Position numbers and translations under genes: made by a program. A DNA stretch of 64,000 bases, taken from positions 1 to 64,000 of the forward strand of contig JYFJ02001128.1 in assembly GCA_000934665.2 (NCBI GenBank). The letters are read 5' to 3'. Under the pieces are notes generated by a model. The model was not told the origin of the DNA and made no database searches. It saw only the letters and a list, made by a program, of their open reading frames with translations. Positions 13,408-22,447 of this stretch are shown here, one piece after another. Within the stretch, counting starts at the first letter, position 1; every line of letters starts with the position of its first letter. This DNA comes from Catajapyx aquilonaris (Eukaryota).

Positions 13408-14509
13408 TTATGAGTACGTAACAGCCGACTGGCATATGAATTCATGGTGTGAGGTGCATGCATCGTTGCTCCAAGAGTCCATCGTTCTGTCCAGAAGCAG
13501 GCAGTTCTGATCAGGTCCTGAAGGAATCGGGACATCATCCTGGCCAGACATCAATCCTGATGGGATGTCTTCCTCCCCTACCTGTACGAGACCGGTTGCA
13601 GCCACCCACATGCTATCATCTGAAACTGAAACAGAGGAATGGTCCTGATGTTGCACAATATGTTAAAAAAAATATTCAATCGAACTTACTGCTGCCAGTC
13701 AATCGTGCAAAAGCCTTCAACTGAAGCAAATCCCTGTCTCCATGCACCTCTGCCATGTATCCTCCCAAGGCTCTGCAATACTCGTCAGCTTCAGACCAGC
13801 TGGAAGTCAGTCCCTTGCTGTGAAGGAAGCACTTGCTGGACAGCATGGTGAACATCGGAGGACACGAGGGCTTTCGAGGCAAATGACAGTGACAGCTGAC
13901 GTTCAGTGGATCAGGACACGGCTGTCCAGAAGCCTTGTTCTTCTCGCATATGTAATGCATCTGCCCGTCGCACCTGTAGTCATTCCAGGAGTATCCGGTC
14001 TTGTGAAAAATCATGAGACAATTCTCGTTGCCTTTCCAGTTGTCTTCATCAAAGTCAGATGACATGTACAGGAGTGGCTGGTAGTTCGATTCCCACAACC
14101 AGCGTCCTTCGTGACCCAGGTCAAAACCACCTATCCAGTAGCTTCTTCTGGCTAATCTCACAGAGAATAAATAAATAACATTACAAAGACGCTTTCCAAC
14201 TGGGCAACCAAATAGTTTAACCCAAACCATATTATCTGGAGACATTTTAATTAACAGACCGTACAGGCGATACTTACTGGATCGTGCGTAGTCTTTCAGG
14301 CGCGTGTCTTCCTGGAAAGAGTCGATTGTGGCCAACACTGCGTCATAATTTCTGCATTTTTCTGCTGCCTCCCACCAGTTTGACTGCTGGTCACTGAAGA
14401 AGTAGCATCCTCCACCGTTCAGGCTAACAAAAGGTGGACTACAGTCCTGGGCGGCACAAACCACTAGCACAAAGAAGCCTCCGAATAGAGCTGTTGCTTT
14501 TCCCATCAT
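13408..14509 (-). CDS. Lectin D: atypical dual C-type lectin (domain-2-type CTLD followed by a divergent CTLD), 3 exons
   Basis: ATG 14509 (MMGKATALFGGFFVLVVCAAQ), downstream of a TATA-like site and TCATTC. Exons 14509-14278, 14151-~13689, ~13620-13408. First domain carries the GGFDLGHEGRWLWES and WND signature of domain 2; second domain CPPMF..KCF..WSEADEYC..WSND.C...FIC. Confidence 0.85.
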
Positions 14510-14959
14510 CTTGATGACTGGAGTAATCAAATGCGAATGAGCCGTCTTGAAGTAAGAGCTTATTTTGTCCATATTTATCTGACCCTTGGACCTGGACTTT
14601 TTTTTCTATATCGCTAGTCTTGTGATATCATATTCACGCGATTCGATCTATATAGTCAGAAAGTCATGTTTCCAAGAGAAGGACAGAAAGACACTCAACC
14701 CTTCAGTGCATTGACCATGAAAGGAGTGATAATCAAATGTGTTGTCAATATTTTTACTCTCATATCAAATAAATATTAGTAAATATTTCAGGGACTGCAG
14801 GACGACACTATATGCAGGAAGTTTTAATCATTTTGAACAAAAGTGTGCATTGGCGTCTGTCCATATCTTCTTTTTCTATATACGCGTTCTGTGCACTGGA
14901 CACTTGATCTTGACCATTGAACCATCCTGTACAATATCGCCAAACACATACAGTAATTA

Positions 14960-15230
14960 AATAGCTATCAAAGTTGCATTGCATTTTAATGACTTGCGAT
15001 GTCCTTGGAACTCCAGGAAAAGTCATGAAGAAGTTAATACTAACTTGTGCTTGGTGCCTTGTGCAAAACACCAGGAGAGCAATGGTGAAACTAGAGGAGG
15101 AAAACTGATGGTGACATACAGGATCAGTCGAAGGGCAGTCGAGGCTGACCTCGGGTCAGGATGTCTGTAATTTCCTCCGCTCACAGATACATGACACTTT
15201 CAATTCGCAAAAGCCGTTGTGCCAATTAAT
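14960..15230 (-). pseudogene. Decayed relic of a D-type lectin
   Basis: NWHNGFCELKVSCICERR* followed by cctgacccgaggtcagc...cctcctctagtttcaccattgctctcc, which resembles the lectin D linker and CPPMFTML coding sequence. Confidence 0.55.
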
Positions 15231-15394
15231 TGCATAATTTGCTTTCAGAAAATATCTCTGCTGCGACCGCAAATATTTTCCTCGTAGACATGTTTCCGAT
15301 ACATTTATAGATATTAGATACAGACAGGTTACACAATGTAATAAACGTACAATGTTATTTATTTCAGCAGTCACCGACTATAGTCACAGTTTGT

Positions 15395-16854
15395 TTAATT
15401 CAATGCAGTGAAGTTGATATTGTTCTCAGCAGGACAGTTGCAAGTCCTCGCCGAATTTCTTGCAAAGGCGCCATGGCTAGTAGAAATCGCAAGTCGTTGG
15501 CATATGTAAGGAGATTTGCGATCGCAAGGGTAATCGTTCCATTTGTAGTTGTGAACTCCACCTGCCAAATGAAGGCAATGCTCGTTTCCACCTGAATTAT
15601 CCGGCTGTTGATATTTGAGGCCCTTTTCAGTCACTAATTCCTTCCATGCTGTGTAAAGCAACGGTTTCTGAGTCGATTCCCATAGCCATCGACCTTCGTG
15701 ACCCATGTCGAAACCTCCCAGCCAGAAAGATTTGCCGTGGTTTTCTGTCAAATATACAAGTGAGATTTAGTCTGACAGTCATCCTGCCACATCGAGCTTC
15801 TCTTGCTTGCCTTTACGCGCTTGCTTTATAAGAGCAAGATTCTCCTGGGGCGTTTCGACTGTGGCCAAAACCGAATTGTGATTGCGACAGCTTTCAACTG
15901 CTTCCCACCAGTTCATCGACTGGCTGCTGAAATAGTAGCACCCTGTGGCTAACTGGATGAAAGGAGCATCACACTCACCTGCGAAAAATATTAATCCTGT
16001 GATACACTGCATTTTCAGTCCTCATCAGTTCTGATGGTGGCATAGTTATTTCTTATAAATATCACAATAAAGATGCCCACCATCTCACACTTGACTCACC
16101 TTCATATTGGCTGCCTGATGAGTATGTCTGGGTTGGAAACCGTTTGGTTCCAAAACACACGTCTGGAAGAGAGTAATGGTCGCACGAAGAAGCTCTGAAA
16201 CACTCCTCGCCACCTTTATTCTCACCAGCAGTCAACTTGTGCCGACTCTAATGGAAAGAGTTACATATGCCTCAATATTGCTAAAAGTAGGGTATCTGTA
16301 AGTTCATAATATGTAGGCTACAATACTTTACCGTGACTTGCCCCCTCTCGCATATGTATGTGGCCTTATTGAGACAACCCCAGTCGTGCCATTTGTAGGT
16401 GTGATGCTTCCAGTACACCAAACAGTTATGAACCTCGCCTGTCTTGGGCTGACCATTTTCCCATCCCGTGTACAGAAAAGGCTCGCAAGTTGCCTCCCAG
16501 ACCCATAGCCCTTCCCGGAATCGGTCAGATCCTCCCAACCAGAAGGGCCTGTCAACTGAAATGATTTAAATCAATCAGTCATTTATCCTGATAGAATAAT
16601 GAGTCCAACTTACATGCTGCGACCTGCTTAATGATGGCTGCGTCTTCCTCAGCTGTTTCCACCGTAGCCAAGACCGAGTCGTGCAAAAGGCAAGATTCGT
16701 AAGCTTCCCAATAATTCCTCAGATCTGAGCTGAAGAAGTAGCATCCCGTCTCCAGCTCCACAAACGGAGGAAGACATCCGGATTGTGCCCTGCTGGTGCA
16801 GACCAATAGTGCAGCTACAATGCACCAAATTGCTTTCCACATGGTGTTCTTCAT
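15395..16854 (-). CDS. Lectin C: secreted dual C-type lectin, 5 exons, GC-AG intron 4
   Basis: Exons ~16854-16614, ~16555-16332, ~16247-16100, ~15978-15811, ~15745-15395. CTLD1 QPK/WHD; CTLD2 QPD/WND. Exon-4 donor is AAG|GCAAGC. Confidence 0.88.
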
Positions 16855-17546
16855 CTTTCAGCTTTCTTATTGCAAAGACTGGCAGAAAATGTATACTGAG
16901 TTTCAACCACTCTTGTTGCGGTCACTGGTGGCACCCTTTAATATAATCCATGGTTGACACTTTGAACTGTTCTAATTTTCATACTTTGATTGACATACGG
17001 AGCATGTAAGCTGATAAGGAATAGTTACATCATTAACGTTTGGAGATTATGCTATAGCTAAGTGCATTCCTACATAACTATACTTTTTTCAACATTTTCT
17101 CAAACAATAAAAATGTGTTTGCAATATTTATCACTTTCGTGTCTCTCCCACCACATCACTTTACGTTGCTATAACAGTGCACATTATCCACATGTGAGGT
17201 ATATTTTTGTTGTTTGGTTTTCCTCCATGTTATGCAATGTTTGATTCAACATGCAAGTGGCATATATCCCGATTCCGCGAAGCAATGAATTAAATATCAA
17301 CACTCTGTTATTACAGATTTGCGTACAACAAGTCTCATATTTTAACATAGATTACAAGTTATATAATTTCCGAATTGCTTTACTTTCAACAGTATAATAA
17401 TGACTTACTTTGGTCATGTCGATCAATGTCGTGTTACCTGTCGGTACAACAAACAAAATATTGGTTCTGCACTTACAATAATATTCTGCCTAATAATGCA
17501 CAAGAGTGTGTCTGGACAGTTTGATAGATGAATACAACAAGAAGCG

Positions 17547-17605
17547 TATAAAAGTGGGAGTGCATGTCGACTTCCTACATTGAAGAGTTGCAGAGTTCCA
17601 GCCAC
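17547..17605 (+). promoter_or_regulatory. TATA box and non-coding first exon of the Cys-rich peptide gene
   Basis: TATAAAA at 17547-17553; donor CAC|GTGAGT at 17606; acceptor ccctcttttag at 17708, 17 nt before the ATG. Confidence 0.7.
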
Positions 17606-17725
17606 GTGAGTAACTCCAAGGTACTTTTATCTTGTACACGATAATTTTTAAACCTGTATAGTTCTAGATATTAATGTCGTACTCTCATATGTTTGTTCCC
17701 TCTTTTAGTTAGAGGAGACGTCACA

Positions 17726-18339
17726 ATGATGAAGGGGATTGCTTATGCATTGCTGCTTTTATCCGTGTTGCATATTGCCACTGGTTTTTTTACCTTCAGC
17801 TTGACTGACCCATGTACTGGACGTAAGAGTCGTCTCATTCTAATATTCAGGGTGGCCACGAAATAAGGAGCACATGTTAGTGAGTAGTAAAACAGTGAAG
17901 AAAATTTAATAGAGTACACGCAAGTGAAACTACGGTTCAATAAAACATGTTTTATTGTAATTTCACTTGCTTTTATGAAATATTTTCTTAATTGCTCCAG
18001 TCCTTATTTAGTGGCCACGCTGGTATTTCAGAGGTATACATACTCTAGACCGTGTCTCAACGATAGAAGTGATAACGCAGTCATTTTGCGGAGAGTTAAA
18101 CGAATGTCACATTTTCGTTGAAACATTGCATACACACTGATTTTTCCCTTCATTTTCGTTTAGAGATGTACTCTCAGACCCAGGGTTGTCCATATACAAG
18201 CCAAGAGTGCTACGATCCTGCGGAAGACAAGTGCGTCACCTGCAACTGCGCTGGACCCGACCCTAACGACATGTTCAGCATGTTCACTATGTCCACAATT
18301 ACTTGCGCTCCAAATGAAAAGGTGGCTCCAAACTGCTGA
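17726..18339 (+). CDS. Small secreted 8-cysteine protein (90 aa), family unknown
   Basis: Exons 17726-17822 (GAC|gtaag) and 18164-18339 (tttag|AG) join in frame: MMKGIAYALLLLSVLHIATG-FFTFSLTDPCTGQMYSQTQGCPYTSQECYDPAEDKCVTCNCAGPDPNDMFSMFTMSTITCAPNEKVAPNC*. AATAAA at 18410. Confidence 0.85.
17848..18022. mobile_element. MITE-like element (Tc1/mariner-type ends) in the peptide gene intron
   Basis: cagggtggccacgaaataagga ... tccttatttagtggccacgctg form 22-bp imperfect terminal inverted repeats. Confidence 0.65.
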
Positions 18340-18680
18340 TAATTAATTTATATGTGTGATATCAACATTTAGTCTTATTTAGAACCATGCTGTACAGACC
18401 AAAGCGATCAATAAAATGTGCAAAAATCATGTTGATTCACTTATCATTTCAACAAAGCACTTTATTATTATTTTAGTTCCACACTTTCAGTTGCAGCACT
18501 GTCATACTGCTGCTGATGGCAACCAGACAAATGGAAACTCCCAAATTAGTGGAAGCGGCAGGACGGAAATATTGGTACAATACTGCAAATTGTGATACAA
18601 GCATGCCGTTTGGCACAGTTGTTCTCTGGACCAAAGTAAGCGATTTGACCCGCAGCTCACTTGATTTCGTCACTTAGGAT

Positions 18681-19136
18681 TCAAGATGGCGGCCAATAAT
18701 CAAAATGGCCGCCGTTGGTACAAAATCGGTATTTTTCGTCGGAAATTGACGATTGAGGAGTCAATTCCAAGCAATATGAAGTCGCTGAACACGAATCTAA
18801 TGTCAGAATGCAGTTTGAACACGCTTTAAACCAATATGGCGGCCAAGAATCAAAATGGCCGCCGGTGATGGTACAATAAATCGGTATTTTTCGTGGGAAA
18901 TTGACGATTGAGGAGTCAATTCCAAGCAATATGAAGGCGCTGAACACGAATTTGATGTCAGAACACAGTGTTAACACGTTTTAAACCAATATGGCGGCCA
19001 ACAATCAAAATGACCGCCGGTGATGGTACAAAATCGGTGTTTTCCGTGGGAAATTGACGATTGTGGAGTCTATTCCAAGCAATATGAAGTCGCTGAACAC
19101 GAATTTGATGTCAGAATACAGTGTTAACACGTTTGA
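18681..19136. repeat. Three tandem ~150-155-bp units, probably transposon-internal
   Basis: atggcggcc recurs at 18686, 18836 and 18991. Each unit has a ggcggcca...tggccgcc stem and ggaaattgacgattgaggagtcaattccaagcaatatgaag. Confidence 0.9.
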
Positions 19137-19228
19137 AAGTCATTGTGAACAGGCATTATACAGTGCAGAGAGTACAGTCGGTTAAAGGAGTATGTTACCA
19201 GACCCCTAACCTAGAAATTAGCCTCCAA

Positions 19229-19333
19229 CAGAGGTGCTGCCTAGGGGAGTGAGATTTATTGTATCAGGGGGAAGAACAGAGGTGCTGCTTCCCCCTGATA
19301 CAATAAATCTCACTCCCCTAGGCAGCACCTCTG
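19229..19333. repeat. Perfect 46-bp inverted repeat with 13-nt loop
   Basis: Arms 19229-19274 and 19288-19333 are exact reverse complements. Loop aacagaggtgctg duplicates 19227-19239. Confidence 0.97.
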
Positions 19334-19377
19334 GAATTAAGTCCAAAAGTAGCATATTTTAAAATTTTATTTTACGG

Positions 19378-20687
19378 TCAGTGCAAAGCAGTAATGTTGA
19401 CATTGTTATTAGCGGGACAATTGCATAACTTTTCTGCATTTCTTGCAGAAACGTCAGTGAAGTCAGGTCGGATGTGAACACTTATTGGGCAAGCAGGTTT
19501 AGTAGCCTTCGTGCGCTTGCATATGTAAAGTATCTTGTTATCACACATGCATCATTCCAGCTGAAGTTGTACACGCCACCAATCAGCTGTAGGCAATGCT
19601 CGTTTCCTCCTGAGTTGTCAGGTTCAGAGTATTTAACGCCTGTTTCCGACACTAAAACGTCCCAGGCAGTGTAAAATAAAGGTTTCAGAGTCGATTCCCA
19701 CAGCCAACGACCCTCGTGGCCAATGTCGAAGGCTCCTAGCCAGTAGGACTGGCCATGGGATTCTGTCAAAAATAATGGCAATTAGATTCGCATTATGCAA
19801 CTGGCAGTGCTTTAAATGCTTATTACCACTTCGCGCACGCGTCTTTACAGCTTCGTCTTCCTTTGGCGACTCGAGTGTGGCCAAAACCGATTTCTGATTT
19901 CGACAGCTCTCAGCTGCCTCCCACCAGTTCAACTTTTGGCTGCTGAAGAAGTAGCAACCTGTGGCTAGCTGGATGAACGGAGGTTCGCACTCATCGTAGC
20001 CTGACGTCCTGACTGGAAGGCATCCATTACAGGAGCATAATTCTGCCCTCTGATTACATGAAGCCGTGGAACATCCATCCACTTCTTTCAATACCTGAAT
20101 CGATTGCTGAAACATTCAGAAATCACCACACCATAAAAATCGAATAGAGTTTCTGTGTACCAGTATAATGTACCTTCTCCTTCTCACAGATGTAAGAGAG
20201 TTTTTCGTGGCAATTACCGCTGTGCCAACCATTATAGGTACCCAGGTGTGTCTTCCAGTATACTGAGCAGAGATCCGTCGATGATTTAGGCTCACCTGGT
20301 GCCCATCCTGAGTACAGGAAAGGCTTGCCCGTTGATTCCCAGGCCCAGCGACCTGATTTGATCAAGTCCGATCCGCCAAACCAGAAGTTCCTATCCACTT
20401 AATGGGAGTTAATGAAAACAAGTCAACTATCAAGAACTCTATACAGTCTACTTACACGTAGCAATGTGCTGGAGCAGTGCATGGTCCTCCTCAGCCGATT
20501 CCACAACTGCTAAAACCGAGTCGTGCTGTCGGCAAGAGTCACCTGCATCCCACCAATCCTTCTTATCCTTGCTGAAGAAGTAGCATCCTGTGTTTATCTC
20601 TACAAAAGGTGGTGGACAGCCACAGTGGGCCTTGGATATCCAAACGACAGCAATGACAAACCACACTACTTCCAAGCTCCTCCTCAT
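19378..20687 (-). pseudogene. Lectin B: dual C-type lectin with a 1-nt frameshift in the last exon (pseudogene, null allele or sequence error)
   Basis: TGG AAT GAT GCA TG- TGT GAT at ~19546. Adding one base restores CDNKILYICKR...LCNCPANNNVNITALH*. CTLD1 EPK/WHS; CTLD2 EPD/WND. Linker is fused to exon 4. Confidence 0.8.
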
Positions 20688-20980
20688 AGTTCAAATCCCT
20701 GGAAAGAACTACTTAAAAAACTGTGATAACGTCATGATAAATGAGAAGCCATAGAGAAATAATAATCATGGCGTTTCCATTATAGGGTGTGACCTTTTGA
20801 TTCGCTTCCCCTTGACAACATTGATATCAGTAGGCCTGTGAGGTCCAGAAGTACACATTTGATTTTAAATTGGTTTCTGGGTTAGGATATACGCTATTAT
20901 GCTAGTAAATGAAGTACGGTACTGTATAATAATATTAATTATATAATTGCTTTATTTGACATAATGTTGTAGCCTATTTT

Positions 20981-22447
20981 TTAGTGTAAAGTCATGAAGT
21001 TGACATTTTTCTCAGCAAGACAGTTGCAATAATTCCGTTCCGAGTCTGCCGCAGAGGCAGCAGCATGAACATATTCTACTCTGCATGCTGGCTTAGAAAT
21101 GACGACTTGTTTGCATATGAACCCATACTTGTTATCACACGGGGCATCATTCCACAACCTGGCATCCTTTATCAGCTGGAGACAATGCTCATTTCCACCC
21201 TTATTGTTGTCTGGCTGATGGGTGTCCCAATTGGTATACAGCAAAGGCTTGAGAGTTGACTCCCACAGCCATCGACCTTCGTGACCTAGGTCGAAACCTC
21301 CCAGCCAGAAGGATTTGCCAGGGGCCTCTGTCAAAATGTAGAGAGTTTCAATTTGGGAAGTTACTCTCAGCGTTTATCTACATTCTGCGCACCTACTTTT
21401 TATGGCTTGTGCTTTTATAGCTTCGCTTTCCTCGAACGAGTCGACTGTCGCTAAAACTGAATTGTAATCTCGACAGGTTTCAACTGCTTCCCACCAGTTC
21501 AGCTCCACTTGGTCACTGAAGAAGTAGCACCCTGTATCTAGCTGAATAAATGGAGGTTCACACTTGTCACCTGCACAAAGACAGAAAGATCCACTCACAG
21601 GTTTGTCACACCATATTGCTTAGCACAATTAATTTGGTTTGATGTACTGTACGTTATTGATGTACTCACGTTCACTGTAGTCGCATGAATACCTTTGGGT
21701 TGGAATCTTTCCAGTTCCAGAGCATGTGTCTGATGACAAGTGACTACAAGAAGGCCTGAAACATTTGTCTGGGCATTTCCTATGTAGACTCTAAAAGAAC
21801 GGCACTTATTGTACAGATAAAACTGCTGAAGGTTTGATCAAAGTACAGTACAACGAAATACCCAGTGGTACAGTGCCCAAGTTACCAAATAATTTCACAT
21901 GTCTGCATAAAATATATTGTGTTCATAAGTAATTCCATACCTGTGTTTTTCCCTTCTCGCAGATGTAGGACAGCATTACACTGCATTCACCGTCATGCCA
22001 CTTGTAGGTGGGATGCTTCCAGTACACAAGGCAATTGTGCGTCTTAAGATTCTTAGGCTGGCCTACTTCCCATCCCGTGTACAGTAGTTGTTCGCCTGTT
22101 GATTCCCAGACCCATCGATCATCCCTCAAACGGTCAGATCCTCCAAACCAGAAGGGCCTGTCAACTTAATTATTTTAAAAGAGATAAGTTGGGTGACTCC
22201 TCTGAAAGAATAATGAGTTAAGCTTACTAGTGGTAACCTGCTGGATCAGTACAGCATCCTCCTCTGCCGTTTCTACTTCAGCCAGTACTGAGTCATGTTG
22301 GCGGCATGTGTCGGCTGCGTCCCACCAATTCCTGGCATCCAAACTGAAGAAGTAGCATCCAGTCTCTAGTTGTACAAATGGCGCTGGACATTCACATTTA
22401 GTCCTGGCTACCAGAAATGCAATGAAGATAAGCCAGCAGCTCTTCAT
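20981..22447 (-). CDS. Lectin A: secreted dual C-type lectin, 5 exons
   Basis: Exons 22447-22228, 22164-21941, ~21790-21670, ~21570-21397, ~21327-20981. CTLD1 QPK/WHD; CTLD2 QPD/WND. Confidence 0.9.

Noticed and set aside
14510..14572. Upstream ATG extending lectin D
   Set aside because: Lies at the TATA-like site, upstream of the likely initiator; the signal peptide begins at 14509.
18681..19136. CRISPR-like array or coding repeat (ORF 18681-18977)
   Set aside because: Whole units repeat with no unique spacers, no cas genes, eukaryotic context; the ORF is a by-product of the repeat.
1..22447. Single gene with mutually exclusive exons (Dscam-like) or somatic rearrangement system
   Set aside because: Each unit has its own ATG, signal peptide, stop and upstream module; no recombination signals or recombinase seen.
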